A DNA stretch of 64,000 bases from Octopus sinensis (GCF_006345805.1 NC_043005.1:23498001-23562000); one strand, 5' to 3'. Counted from the stretch's first letter, positions 37,560-51,639 are shown. Notes: generated by a model not told the origin, from the sequence alone. Numbers and translations: made by a program.

Positions 37560-38110
37560 AAACTTTTGTATGTTGATGGCTGCAGGGAAACATGTGCAGC
37601 AAGGAGATTCCTGAAGGATGACCTTCTGAGAAGAAAGGAATGGGAAAAGGGGTTAGTTCCAGGTGTGGTAGTAGATACATGGGTTGCAAGCGAAAGAAAG
37701 ACAGATTTGCTGAATTTACTTTAGTAGAAGAGCAGTGAGAACAGCTATCTTCCGAGAAGATATTGTTGTAGAAAAAGCAGAAAGAGAGGAGACAGCATGT
37801 CTGGGTTGGGAGGGGAGGAGAGGTTGGAGTGTGTTGGTGAGTGATTTCATACAAATCAGTTGAGTGGCCTTTCTAACAGCACTGCACCATTTGGGGGAAG
37901 AAGCGCTCTATTCTGTGTGGCTACGAAGGCCTGCTTCTGAGATGCTGTCTTTATGTTGCGGATGTGCATTTACCAGGAAAGATCCTTAGTGATAGAGGCT
38001 TAGCACTGAAAGCCCTTGTTAGGGTTCCAGTTGTGTACTGCTTATGTTTCAGGGTGTGAGGTGCAATACTTTTTACTCCATCTGCTCTGAGTACATTTCT
38101 ATCATGAATC
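37560..38110 (-). mobile_element. Degraded CR1/L2-group LINE 3' fragment
   Basis: Minus-strand HAVSSLSAFFY resembles the RRxVASLSLFY motif. Boundaries approximate. Confidence 0.35.
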
Positions 38111-38145
38111 TTTAGCAGTCATGCTCTCTCCCTATGCTCTATACT

Positions 38146-38372
38146 TATTTCTTTACTACCCACAAGGGGCTAAACACAGAGAGGACAAACAAGGACAGAC
38201 AAACGGATTAAGTCGATTATATCGACCCCAGTGCGTAACTGGTACTTATTTAATTGACCCCGAAAGGATGAAAGGCAAAGTCGACCTCGGCAGAATTTGA
38301 ACTCAGAACGTAACAGCAGACAAAATACCGCTAAGCATTTCGCCCGGCATGCTAACGATTCTGCCAGCTCGG
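38146..38372 (-). mobile_element. tRNA-derived SINE, second family; copies at about 1-230, 4445-4660, 28440-28585, 57612-57822
   Basis: Recurrent atcgaccccagt..actggtactt..gaccccgaaaggatgaaaggcaaagtcgacctcggc.gaatttgaactc. Confidence 0.85.
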
Positions 38373-40521
38373 TGCCCTATGCTCTATACCATCACATCAC
38401 TTCTCCCTACCATGCTCTCTGTTAGTCTCTCACTCCTTTCTATTCACTTTCATCACAGTTTTCCCTCATCATGGTCTCACTCCAATATTGTCTTTTCTAT
38501 TACTCTCTCACTCCAATCACTGTCTCTTCCCCATTATACTCATCCCCCACAATCTGCTATTCGTCCTCTTGGTCATGTTTCCTTGAGTAAACAAACTCTG
38601 TAGAGTAGTAATGATTCTTTCATCTTGTGGATCACAAAGCAAACTCAATATCATGGTGATACCTTGATAAAATACATCTAGTATACAAGTGGTTTGCAAA
38701 TCAGTGGAAACAATATTTAAGAGGGCCATTCCTCTCTCTCTCTGTGTAAACAACTGCCTCTCTAATGCTTATACAATGATAAAATGCATCAAGTATATTT
38801 TGTAAAATGCTTGATGTTTGGAAGGTCATCCACTTTTTAGAAACTGTATCAAAAATAGAATGCTTTTAGGGTGAGAAAGAGAAATAGAGTACCAAAAGTG
38901 TGAGTAATGTTAACAAGTGATAAAAGAAGAATGAGAGAGACAGAGAGATGAATACTAAAGATGGGTGATGGTAAGAGAGTAGTTTGATGGTTGTCAGTAA
39001 TAGGAGTGATAGGAGGAAAGAGTAATGGAAAAGAGAAAGCAATGATTAGCAATAAAGGAGGGGATTGAATATAGGCAGATCCAATGTGATATCATCCTTT
39101 GTGCAGGCAGCATGATGGGAGAGAGAGAGAGAGTTACAGTAGAGAGGCAGTGATAGATGAGAGTAACAAAGAGGGAGATTTAATATGAATGTAAAGGTTG
39201 AGAGAGTCATGGTTGTAGATACACAGCCTAATTTCTATTACAGCTGTCACAGATAGTAGGTCCATCTGTTCATGTGCTGTTAACTATTTTTTCCAGACCA
39301 TTGTTTCCTTTGATAATTATGTTTCTTGGTTAATAGAAGCTATGAATTATTTAGAGCAATAAAATAGCTTAGGTTGATGTGTGTGTGTGTGTATAAGTAT
39401 ATATGTATATATCTATATTGTTTGCCTAATGTATTCCTGTTGTATATGATGTGCATATACCCTTTCTTTATCTAACACAACCGCATGGCGAAAAGTATCT
39501 TCAGTTAAATTTGCCTTCTTGCAAGCATTCAGTCCAGGCTTATAGAACGAAGTTCTTGTGACAACATGGTGCAATAACACATTCTGTACTTCCTTACATT
39601 TCTAAAGATAAAGCTCACTGACCACTGTTCCCTTCTCTTCTCTAACATCTGTGCTCTCCAATCCAACCTGGCCCCCATATACTACTTCCTACTAACATGC
39701 AAACTGCACATCCTCTTCACGTCTGTGATGTGACTCTTTTAATAATAGTATACCAATGGTGTATCTGTTAAATACCTTTCCCGCTCCTCTGGCTACCACT
39801 TTTGAAATCTTGTGAACTCACTTACCTACCAACCCTCTCCAATCCCTGGTCTGCTCCACTATATACACTACCTGTAACTTGGGTGTACAGCCCTGATCCC
39901 TTTCTCTCACATCTTCATCTTTCTCTCCTTTCTCTCTCCTCCATCTGAGGAAGCTATGTCTGTCTTCCAATGCAAGACCCCTTTCTGTCCTTCTACTATT
40001 CCCCGTCCCAGTTGAGGGGGTCTTGGTAACCTCACTGCTGCTGGTGCCACATAAAAATCATCCAGTCCACACTCTTTGAAGTGGTTGGCTTTAGGAAGTG
40101 GGGCAGTCAGCCACAGAAACCATGCCAAAACAGACAGCAGAGCTTGGTGTAGATTTTTGACTTGCCAGTTCCTGCCAAACCATCCTACCCATGCCAGCAA
40201 GGAAAATGGATGTTAATTGATGATGACCTTTTGATTCTTTTAAATGTTTTCTGACATATTTTCAATATAGAGGCTGCTTGTTTGTTTGCTTAATTTTCAT
40301 AATAATCACTAATTTCAAACAAGTTAGTGTATCAACTGATTTATTTGCTGTTTGGAATACAAATTAATATATACTGTGTAATTTTTGGTATAACACTGGT
40401 AATTCAATTGAGATTTTGATTTGAATATGAAGATTGTAAGAGATTTGGCTTCAATTGGTTTGTTATTAAAAGAAATTAATGAATTATTAATTGATAATTA
40501 TGTGCTATATTTGAATTTTAG

Positions 40522-40658
40522 AAACTTCAAAAAAAAGCAGTTGCATCGAAGAGAAAAAACTGTTAATTATCACTCAGATACATTGAGTGGTTCCGAGATG
40601 GAAAACTCCCCCAAAAGTATTTCTAAACATATACGTATCGAATCCTGTGAGAATCATA
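40522..40658 (+). CDS. ZGLP1: ZGLP1-like exon 3 (NFKKKQLHRREK...ESCENH)
   Basis: Acceptor atttgaattttag and donor A|gtaagt. 137 nt, phase 2/1, exactly bridging exons 2 and 4. Confidence 0.72.
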
Positions 40659-41298
40659 GTAAGTAGAGCAACTTTGTTGGACTTAGTCATTTCCAAATTC
40701 TATAATATTATATCCCTGTGTCTTCATACATAACACAATATGTAGTTTAATTTTACAAATGGCATTTGTTAAACAAATAATGTTTTACTAGCAGGACTTG
40801 TGGAAATTCCTTGGTATAAGTCAACACATTTGAAAACATTATGTTTATTTTATTAAACACAAGCAAGGAGTTCCAAAACAATTCATTTCATATCCTGTCA
40901 TTTAATCAAAACAGTGCTTTTAAATATAACTGCAATGAATTTTGAAGTTGTTGCTTGTTTACCTCTTTGTAATACATTTGACAGATATGATGTGCTTTCT
41001 AGTTTAAGGAAATAAAAAAGATGAATTTAAAAGATAAAACTTATTCAGTATATTAAATGTTTATTATTCACAATTTTTATTGCATATGTAGTGGTTATGT
41101 GTGTATCATGGTGAATAGATGCAAAAGGTATGTATATGCCATTGAAGAAAACAAATGAGTGAATCGATTCATAGTTGAAAATAAGTTATTCAGTGGACTT
41201 AATTTGTCATTGGTACACATAATTCTTCACTACATGCAAAATGTTGACAACTGCTATGAGTTGCTAGAAACAGAGACAGGGTACATCTGTGGAAGTGA

Positions 41299-41724
41299 TG
41301 TGTCAGAAATCAATGTTTGTGTGTGCATAGTTCATCTGAGATCATTAATCTTCCATGAAACTTCGAATATTTCTGTCGGGTCTCTATGGTCATTCAGAAC
41401 CTGTCGTCATAGACCTTTCTTGTTTAGCTGCTAGGCCTTTCTGCTCTCATCTGTCTGTTGACCACCGTATTTATAATAATCGTGGTAGCTAGAAGGACAG
41501 ACATACTGCAGCAGAGTTTGTACCTAAATAGGTCAGCTCCTGTCCATTTGAACTTCGGCTGACATAGCTGAGGTCGTAGGTCAAAGGGAGATGATCAATC
41601 ACTTTTTGACAGGACAGAGAAAACCTTTTTTCACGCCTGTTGATCGTGGTGGTTTGGACAACCAAGAATTCTTAGATTAGGTTTCGAATCTAGGCTTGGA
41701 GAAGGAAGTGTTAATTTTTACACA
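41299..41724 (-). mobile_element. Possible solo LTR
   Basis: TGTGT..ACACA ends and TATAAATA on the minus strand, with composition unlike the flanks. No TSD found. Confidence 0.3.
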
Positions 41725-41989
41725 TATTTACAAAGTAAATAAGTACAAACCATAATTCATATATATATATATATATAGGAATAAACATGAGCTTACTCAC
41801 TGAATTAGATACAAATGGGACTATATTACAAACATTCTACATTACAAATGGGACTATATTACAAACTGTATGCAACATACATATATTAACAGGAAAAAAA
41901 CCAAACTAATTTAGATATGTATGAAATAGGCATTATGTAATCACAGAAAATACTTTACAAGGTATATGAACTGAATGCAATATGAATGG

Positions 41990-42560
41990 TATACATATAC
42001 ACGAGATCAATAAAATTCTAGATTTGCTCTCTCAGCACTTCATTATACACAATGTTTTTTGTAAGAATTTGTTTTCTTGCTTGTCTTGTCTGTTGGCCTC
42101 AACAACTCTCACTGCCACATCAGATAATTTCCTGATCCTAACAAATGTCACATATAATTGCCCATGGATGAACACAGGATGTGGCAAATATATTCCAACT
42201 TTGTTAAATGTCTGTCCCTGTGCCTTATTTATTGTCAGAGAGTAGGACAGCCTTACAGGAAGCAGAACTCCTTTACAAAATGAAAGGAAGGTTTGAATTA
42301 TCTGGAGCCAGCGTCGTGTAAGGTATTAAGAAGCACATTCCTTTTTGTGCACCTGTTATTGAAGTGGCTTCAATGTAATTATTGTGCAAGCTGACACATT
42401 CTACATGTAGCACATGCTTATTTTTCTGTAAAAATAATCCTTTTCATTCTTTCTCTTTTTATGAGAATGTCGTCTATCATTGTCCTTATTTTATAAACAA
42501 ATGTTTCAATTGAACTGATGATAATTAATTTCATTAACACTATGCATATAATTCATATTT
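41990..42560 (-). mobile_element. Helitron Rep/Helicase C-terminal fragment (PIF1-type)
   Basis: LTINKAQGQTFNKVGIYLPHPVFIHGQLYV...TKNIVYNEVL, with stops upstream. Confidence 0.85.
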
Positions 42561-43774
42561 TTCTTCTGTTCTACATTTTGTTTTTATTGTCATGGGTAGT
42601 ATATAGGTTTTGTAGGTACAATTACTGACAACTCTATAATAATGTTAAGTTAGGCATGCAATAAGCTTTCACTCAGGGGCACATTTCAAAGCTTGAGTTT
42701 AAAAGATTTGGATTTCTGGCAGTGTGGTCAATTGCCTAACCCTTTAACCTTGTAACCATTTCACCTCAGAATGCTTGGTTTAAAGATCACAGAGGGGTAA
42801 CCTAAAACTTACTATTTTGATTGTAAAAAATATGTCACATACAATCAGTTATGTGTCTATCTGCGAGGAAGTTTATAGATGCTTGTCTTTCTTAGTCACC
42901 TCTAGACTTAATCTCTCAATTGCTGTGCATCAGATCTTCATTATTAGATTATTTCCCATTCTGAACAGTTGCTTACTCTGTTTATTTGCATACACAAATC
43001 TTCCATTAGCATACTACTCACTCACCTGATGTTTGCTAGAATGCTCATCAAAGCCTATCAGAGAACTCATGACCATGTAGTCACAAGTTTAAAGTTCAAT
43101 TCTGTCATTGTGTTGTGCTTCTGAGCAAGATACCCAACTCTGCTCTGGTTTGTCTGGCTGAACTGAAATAAATAAACAAGCCCATGCCAGTGGCACATAA
43201 AAAGCACCTTTTGAGCATTGGGTCTCACAGAGGCAGTGTGGCTGATGTCGGTGTCACATAACTAGCACCTGTGCCGGTGGCATTTAGAAAGCACCTTTTC
43301 AGTGTTGGTCCTCTTGGAGGCAATGACAAGTTACCGAGACCTTTGGCTATATGCCGTGCTTCAGTAGAAGATGCATTAAGCCAAGTAAAATCATAGTCGC
43401 GGCTGTTACTGGTGTCACACAACTGGCACCTGTACTGGTGACATGTAAAAGTACTAATTACACCCTTGGAGTGGTTGGTGTTAGGAAGGGCATCCAGCTA
43501 TAGAAGCCATGCCAAATCAGACTGGTGTTTGGTGCAGCCCCTCAGTTTACCAGCTCTGGTCAAACCGTCCAACTCATGCCATCATGGACAACAGATGTTA
43601 AATGATGATATTATCATAGTTAAATGAAAGGAGAAGAGCTTTGATATAACAAGAAAACAGTTATTTAGAAGAAAACCCCTAAAAAATCCTAATCTGGAGA
43701 AAAATAAATATAAAATCAGAATCAATGAAATCCTTCAATTTGTAACTGCACCTTGTATTAATTTATCTTTGCAG

Positions 43775-43865
43775 TCAAAGTGTGTAAATCATGTAATACA
43801 AGGAAAACTCCTTTGTGGCGAGATGCTGAAGATGGGACGCCATTGTGTAATGCTTGTGGGATCAG
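43775..43865 (+). CDS. ZGLP1: ZGLP1-like exon 4, GATA zinc finger (CKSC-x17-CNAC)
   Basis: Acceptor tttatctttgcag and donor AG|gtatgt. KVCKSCNTRKTPLWRDAEDGTPLCNACGI; TPLWRDAEDGTPLCNACGIRYKKY is the ZGLP1 signature. Confidence 0.93.
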
Positions 43866-44385
43866 GTATGTCTATACTTGAAGTTATTTTACTCATTTTA
43901 TTTCTGTCACTGATCTGTGATCAGGCTGGGGCATCACCTTGAAGGGGTTCAGTGGTCAAATTAACCCCAGTACTTTTGGTAAGCCAGGAGTTATTCTATT
44001 GGTATCTTTTTTCTAAACTATTAAGTTAGAGGGATGTAGACACATTATGATTGGTTGTCAGATAACATGATGCACACATTCATGTGCACATGCACACACA
44101 CCATATGCATATATATATACACACACACACACATGCCACAGAACTTCCCTAAAACAAGACACCAATATTTAAGCATTATCTAAGCTTAAGATTATCTATG
44201 AAGAAAAACAACCACTGTCATTGTAAGTAATGCCCAAGATAATAACACTAACCTGAGAAACAGCAAACCAAGAGCTTAAAACATATACACCATACAATGA
44301 ACATAGACTGACAAAAGCTAGTGGAACAGTATATCTCATAACCAATGACCTTGTGCAATGTACAAGGAAAAGGTCAAACATAAAC

Positions 44386-44423
<38 letters not shown>

Positions 44424-44691
44424 TCTCACTTTCTCCCCATTCTTCACCCTCTTGTACTATCTTATATCTCTTCCCACCACTACACACTCACTAATACTAT
44501 AAAAAGAGTCAAAATTCCTGCAAAAACTTAGTTCAATTTGACAACTCCACTAGAGTGGGCGAAAGCGCTAATATATGATTTATAAAAACATGTAACATAC
44601 TAATAAATATCTGTAAATATAAAACCATCCAGATTTCTGAGTACCTCATTTCTTCTAACACACACGCACGCACACACACACACACCATGCC

Positions 44692-45804
44692 ATTAAGAAT
44701 GAAATGCCCGATTTTGAACTGAAAGTTTATTTTACTTTATCTCAACAAAAAAGCTATGCAGTTAATCAAAGTTTGCACCTAAATTATCAACACAATTTTG
44801 CCATTTTATTGATAGCTTATTTATGCTGGTAGCAAAGAATTCTGGAGAGTAAGAGTTGATGAAATCATGAAAGGCTGTTTTTACACCTTTAGATTTGAAG
44901 TTTTTTCTCTGCAAAAAGTTGTCTAATACCTGGAAAATGTGATAGTCACTTGGTGCAAGGTCTAGCGAATATGGTGGATGAGAGAGTACTTCCAAGCTCA
45001 TTTCCTGTAACTTGAGTAGCATTCTTTGTGTAACATTGTCTTGCAAGAGAATTGGCATGTCTCTTTTGATCAATCTTGGTTGTTTTATTGCAAGTTCACT
45101 CATCACTTCATCTAATTGGTTGATGTATACATCTGCTGTAATTAACTTAACAGGTCTCATGAAGCTGTAGTGGATGAAACCAGTGCTGGACCACCAAACA
45201 GACACCATTAGCTTTTTTGGGTGAATATTCTTTTTTGGATTGTGTTTTGGCACTTTGTCTCTATCCAACCACCATGCAGAATGCTTGCTATTGCTGAAAA
45301 GAACATTTTTCATCACACATAACAATATGATGCAAAAATGGTTGGCTTTTATGCCATGACATCAAAGAACAGAAAGTTTCAAGATGACGTGTCATTTGAT
45401 GCTTGCTCAGCTCATGTGGTACTCACTTGTCCAGCTTCTTTACCTTGCTGATTTGTTTCGGCTGGTCCAATACAGTTGTAATTGCAACATCAAACCTTGC
45501 TGCTAACTCGTGTGTAGTTTGAGATGTATCCACTTCCACTACAGTTTCCAGTTCATCATTATCCACCTTGGTCTCAGGTCTTCCATGGGGCTGATTTTCA
45601 AGAGTAAAGTCACCAGACTGGAACTTCTCAAACCATAGATGTACAGTGCGCTCATTCGCCACATCTTCACCAACCAACACCTCATTGATGTTTGGAGCTG
45701 TCTTGGCTGCATTGGTTCCACAACGAAAGCCATATTCATAAACACAAATTTTTTGTCAAACTTGGTGCATAAGAAAATTGGACATTTCATTCTTAATCAC
45801 CTGA
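44692..45804 (-). mobile_element. Degenerate mariner (Hsmar1/Mos1-like)
   Basis: FEKFQSGDFTLEN..GRP, KKLMVSVWW, LQDN, HPPYSLDLAPSDY. TIR core ttaagaatgaaatg at both ends. Confidence 0.88.
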
Positions 45805-46444
45805 TATATATAATATTTATATATTCATTCACGATACATGCACACACACACTCATACAATATACCTCTGCATGTTCCATCTACAAAATTCACTCGCAAGA
45901 CATTGGTCAGCCTGTGCCTATAGTAGAAGACACTTTTTCTATTAAAGTACTATAGAATGTGACTGAACCTGAAATCATGTGGTTGCAAAGTGAACTTCTT
46001 AACCACACAGCCATGCCTGCATCTAGACAATGGTTACAGACCTTTTAGTGCTGGTAACATTCTTTCTTTATTGTTAACATCTGTTAACATCATCCAGCTG
46101 TAGAAACCATGCCAAAGCAGATACTGGAGCCTGATGCAGTTTCTGAGACCGCTACTAGCATAGAACATCTATGTTAAATGATATTCTGTATCTGTTTGTT
46201 TAAATAACTAACTAACTGACAAGGTGGGAGTGTCTGTCCATGATATTTGCTGACCCACACAAATATTTGTGGATTTTTCTGGGGAGGGAATTCTCAAAGG
46301 AGAATATAGCCTGTGGAGCAAGATGAAAGGAAAAAGAGAGTTAAATTCTCTAGAAGACATGCTACTCCTCATAGTTGAAAACCATGAGAGTAGAATTGAA
46401 CATCTTTCCTGGAAACACACTGAAAATATCTATAGTGGAATGTA

Positions 46445-47720
46445 CGAGGGACGTTCAATAAGTAATGCCCCTGACCCACTTGCAGTTGATTGATCTTGCT
46501 GAAATTATTCATATCTCTATAGATTACATGGCGAATTACAGCTCTGGACTAATTGTGGTTTCTGATTTTCAGGTGTTTGAACTTAGTCAAGTGTGAAATG
46601 GAGCCTTTAGAGTGTCGAGCAGTGATCCGTTTTTTGTATTTGAAAGGACGCACACCATGGGAAACTTTTGATGAAATGAAAGTAACTTATGGTGATGATG
46701 CCCCATCATATGACCTTGTAAAACGCTGGCATCGTGAATTCAAACATAGTCGGAACTCTGTGGAAAAGGCTCCCAGATCTGGTCGTCCCCTTCTGCCATT
46801 GATGAGGCATCTGTCCGTCAAGTTGAGGCTGCCATTTTGGAAGATTGGCGCATAACTATTCGCCAAATAGCCCATTAGGTCAAGATTAGTACCGGGTCTG
46901 TGGAAATTATCATTCATGACCCTTTGCATATGCAAAGGTTGTCTTCCAGATGGATTCCCAGGTTGTTCACACCTTTCAGAAGCAAGAACGCGTCGAGTGC
47001 TCGAGGATGAATTTGGAGATGTGCCAAGAAGATGAGTCAAAGTTTTTCAAAAGACTGATTGCACAGGATGAAATCTGGGTCCATCACTATGATCCAGAGA
47101 CCAAAGCCCAGTCAATGCAAGGGAAGCACCGTGACTCACCTCCTCCAAAGAAGGCAAGGGTGCAGCCCTCCGCTGGAAAGGACATACTCACAGTCTTCTG
47201 GGACCAGGATGGAGTAGTGATGACAGATTTCCTGGCAAAGTGTACCACAATTACAGGAGCCTATTATGCTTCATTTTTGAGGAAATTAAGAGAAGCTATC
47301 AAAATCAAGAGGCGGGGCAAGATCAGCAAAGGCATCCTCCTCCTGCAGGACAACGCTCCGGTCCACAGCTCGCGTGTCGCCAGATCAGAAGCACAGGCAT
47401 GCGGCTATGAACTCCTCCCCCACCCCCCTACTCTCTTGACCTTGCACCCTCTGATTTTCACCTCTTCCCAGCCATGAAGTTGTTTTTGAAAGGAAAACGT
47501 TTCCCAGGTGATGCAGCCTTGATTTCTGAAGTCACGTCATGGTTGGAGGACCAAGCTGGGGTCTTCTACAAAAACGGTCTTCAGAGCTGCATCAAACGAT
47601 GGCAGAAATGCGTAACTCTGGGTGCTTCCTATGTAGGAAAAGACTAATAACTGTGCCAAGTTTCGTTCCTCTACTGCTATGGGAAGTGGGTCAGGGGCAT
47701 TACTTATTGAACGCCCCTCG
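46445..47720 (+). mobile_element. Full-length 1276-bp irritans/Hsmar2-like mariner, DD34D, TA TSD
   Basis: About 36-bp TIRs cgaggg(a/g)cgttcaataagtaatgcccctgacccactt with 1 mismatch. QDEIW, QDNA-34-D. Two frameshifts and one stop. Confidence 0.95.
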
Positions 47721-47790
47721 TAAACTCATAATCTGTTTAGAGTCAGATAAATTTTGTTTGTTGTATCTTGATATAAAATAAAAAGATATA

Positions 47791-49075
47791 CAGGGTGGGT
47801 CAAAGAGGATGAATATTTTTGAAATGGCCATTACTCCGCTCCAGCGGGAGGAACATATGACTGACAGGTACCATTTGGTCCGTGGTGACTTACCATTTTT
47901 TTTCCTTTTCAGGTGAAGTCATGGTGCTGTGGACGATAGAGCATAGTGTGTTTGCATACGACAGTTATGTGAAGAATAATGGGCCTATCACAGCAGTTCA
48001 GCATGAGTTTTGGTGCTACTTCAACATTCACCGAAATCAGGCTGTTCGCACCTGTAACACAATCTTATGTTGGGTGAATGCTCTTTGTACACCAGATACA
48101 CTAATGAATAGGAAACTGGTTGGGGGTGCCACGAATGGTATGGACCCTGGAAAATGTGAAATGTGCCAGACAAGCTTTGATATGGAGTCTGAATTGCTCT
48201 GCTTGGAAGCATTCCACTGAACTTGGCATCGGTAATTGATCGGTAAGGCATATTTTGCATGAAGAACTGCATTTCCACCCGTACAAATTGGTCATTGGGC
48301 AATAGTTGAAACCATGGGACTATGCACAGCAGCTTAACTTCGCATGTCAGATGGAAGCAATTTTTGAGGCAGATGACAACCTCATTTTGTTAATGAGTGA
48401 TGTAGCTCATTTTCATCTCAGTGGCATGGTGAATCAACTGAACTGTCATTATTGGGCTCTTGAAAATCTCAGAGAACTGCATGAAAGACCACTGCGCAGC
48501 CCAAAAGTGATGGTCTGGTGTGCTGTTGGAAAAGCTGCCATCATTGGTCCTTACTTTTTTAAAGACAATGATAGAAATACTGTTACTGTGAACTCCATTG
48601 AGATGATAAACAATTTCTTTGTGCTCGAATTATGATGAAAACATATGCCTATTCGATGTGTGTGGTTTCAGCAGGATTGAGTAACAGACCACACAGCCAG
48701 AGAATCAATAGATGTTCTTTGCTCTCTCTCTGGCGACCAGCTCATATCCAGGTTTGCTGACATTCCTTGGCCCCCTTGGTCCCCTGATTTGTCCAGGTGT
48801 GATTATTTCTTGTGGGGGAAACCTCAAGGCATGTATGTGCATAAGCCCCATACATTGGGTGATTTGAAGGAAGCTATTAATGTGGAAGTCACTCAAATCG
48901 ACAGAGCAATGCTGGAGAGAATGGAGGCCTTCAGAAATGCATCAAGGAAAACGGACACCACATGATGGATATTGTTTTACACACTTGATTTTGATGTCAA
49001 TAAAATTTGTTTGCAGCTAAAATTAATGATTTTTGTGAATTTTTCAAAAACGTCCATCCTCTCTGCCCCACCCTG
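47791..49075 (+). mobile_element. Full-length degenerate rosa/VS-type Tc1-mariner, DD41D, TA TSD
   Basis: TIRs cagggtggg.ca.agaggatg. SDVAHFHLSG, QQD-41 residues-D in WPPWSPDLSRCDYFLWG (counted). Confidence 0.88.
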
Positions 49076-49315
49076 TATAACAAGCAAAAAAAAAAAAAAA
49101 AAACCATAACAAATTTAAGGTTCTTTATTCTCAATCTCTCAGTCCATTAAGAAAATGTTTTATTGATAATGTAGTGTCGCTTTGGTATTGCAATGCTTAT
49201 TGTCAATGTGTATTGTTTTTCTTCTTTAAAACAGTTCATTAAGAAATTTTTTAACAATGCTTTTTAAACAAGCTTTATATATTTTTAGTTTTGTGTCTTT
49301 TCCATATTTTAACAG

Positions 49316-49439
49316 GTACAAAAAATACAGAATTCGTTGCAGTAAATGTTGGCACATTCCCAAAAAGGATGACAAGACTTACCCCAAGTGTGTTCGCTGT
49401 AATTCAATGTTGCGATTTACAATGAACCGAAGAAACTAA
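49316..49439 (+). CDS. ZGLP1: ZGLP1-like terminal exon (RYKKYRIRCSKCWHIPKKDDKTYPKCVRC...RRN*)
   Basis: Acceptor ccatattttaacag, phase 2. Two extra CxxC pairs as in ZGLP1. Stop at 49437-49439 and AATAAA at 49494-49499. Confidence 0.92.
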
Positions 49440-51639
49440 ATCATTTACTTGTTAAAGATATTTTAATATGACAACTGCTTTACCTGCCACTTCAATAAAA
49501 AATTGTACACAAGTTTGTCTAGTAAATATGTTACTAGGATAAGATATATATATATATTTCAGTTTTGTTTTTGAAAGTAAAGGGCAGAAAATAATGATTT
49601 ACATAATTGCCAGAAAATAAAGGTGCTGAGATTATTTTACCTGCTCCAGGAAAAAATATTTCCATTCAGTATCGGGTGTAACATACATGCATATGTATAA
49701 AAGCTTTCAAAATTAAGCACCTTTTGTTTAAATTCCAGCTTACGGTGGTAGCAATGGCAAACAGAATTTATTACATTTTACCCTCTCAGTTTTGGGTTCA
49801 AGAACTGTCAGGATCAACATTGTTTTCTATCCATTCAGATGTTTGATTGAACAATTAGTAGTCAGATATTTGGGTGGACAAATCCATTCATCTCCTACTC
49901 TACAAATTTTTGTTTTTGTTTTGCCAACATAAGAAGTGATGTTTCATTCAGAGCAGAAGCAAACTGCTGCAAGTGTAGAGTAGTGCACTAAATGTCTTAG
50001 AATATTTAGTTTAATCTCCTTTCATCCTTAATTCAAATCCTACCAAAATTGATTTAACCTTTTCTCTACCCAGGATTGATGGGTGTTAATATAGTGGGAT
50101 TGATTCAGTCAATTCTATCCCTTCTCTACAAACACTGGCCTTGTAAAGACTTAAAAGCCAATATTATGTTGTAAAGTTTGTAATGCCTCAGACTTCTAGT
50201 CTGTTGAATTTGGTATGTATTTTGCCATATATTTCTTATAAAGAATAGGAAAGAATTTTATTTCTGTCTTTGTTATAGTTTAACAATTTTTCTCTCAGGA
50301 TTTTTATTTTATTATGGATATGTTTTTATTTTTGAAGCTGATAACTTCAACAGGGAGTTACTTAAGTACTTGAGCTTTGCATCTCCACTTTGTAAACTCA
50401 GATACACTTCTACTCTGTCTGTCTCTCTCTCTCTCTCACACACACACACAATTTACTTCTAAATATTCTGACATCAATAAAAAAAATCTTTTTGTTGCAC
50501 CCAGGGGTATGCCAAATACTCCCATTTAAAAATTGTAATATATGTTATATATATATATATATATATATATATAATGTTTGTGTTTTAAGACAAAGGTATA
50601 TGAAAAATCTTAATAGAAACGGTTAAAATTGAAGTTTTCTGTCAGTGAATTGTGTGACTTATTGCGGAATCTTAGAAAATCCTGTAATTGGTATCTTCAA
50701 TAGAAGGAATTTATGTATTTATTTCTTTATTGGAACTCTGTATATTTGAAATATTGTCTCTGGGGTCATTGATGGACATATCTAGAAACCTCAATTTTAT
50801 TTATTTTTTTTTCCTTCATGCAGGACATGATTTGTTTATTTTTCTCACTTCACTCTCAAGGTGATAAAATCTTATTTCATTTAACACTTGAAATTTCAGT
50901 TTAAAAAAGAATCTGTTATCCTTACAAAATTTCAATATAATTTCGATTACAAAATACCAAATTGGTATCTCAATAAGACAAAAAAGAAAAATTAAAAATA
51001 AATGATAAATAATCACTTAATTAAACCATTTCTTTCAAAAACATTTAAGTTTGGGAACAAAACTGAGATAAAAAATATAATTTATCTCATTTTATGATTT
51101 TTTTTCCAAATGTATAAAGAAAAAAAAGACCCTTTAAATTTGGAGAATAAATATACCCCAAAACCCAGAAGTGGTGTACATACTTTATTGTTCCCTTTCT
51201 TAATTCATTAGAAAACAGTAAATATTTTGATGTATTTAATAAAATAAATACCAATTGTTTCCAATTTGTTTTTTAATCTGTTCACAAAGAAGATAACATT
51301 GTTCTAAAGCACTGAGGTGTTTTATACCAAGCCTAGTCCATATTTAATGGGTACAGTCAAAGATGTTTCTTTGTGTCTTCACTACAATAATAGTGTTGGT
51401 CATCATATTCTTAAGGACGGCAGAAGATTACTGAGGGTGTGCAACAATAACCTAAGAAACGTGACAGTGAAAATATAGTTACAATGATGGAAAATCAAGG
51501 TGATCATCATGATGTTTGTATCCTCATAATCACTACCCTATTCACCATTCTCCCAAGCACACCCTGTAAAATTCAAGAAAGGATAAGCTTGATTTCACCA
51601 ACCCATTAATCTATCCAAATTACAATATGGATTCAGACC

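Noticed and set aside
40421-40666. Stand-alone 81-aa ORF
   Set aside because: Only 40522-40658 is bounded by splice sites. The upstream part is intronic AT-rich sequence.
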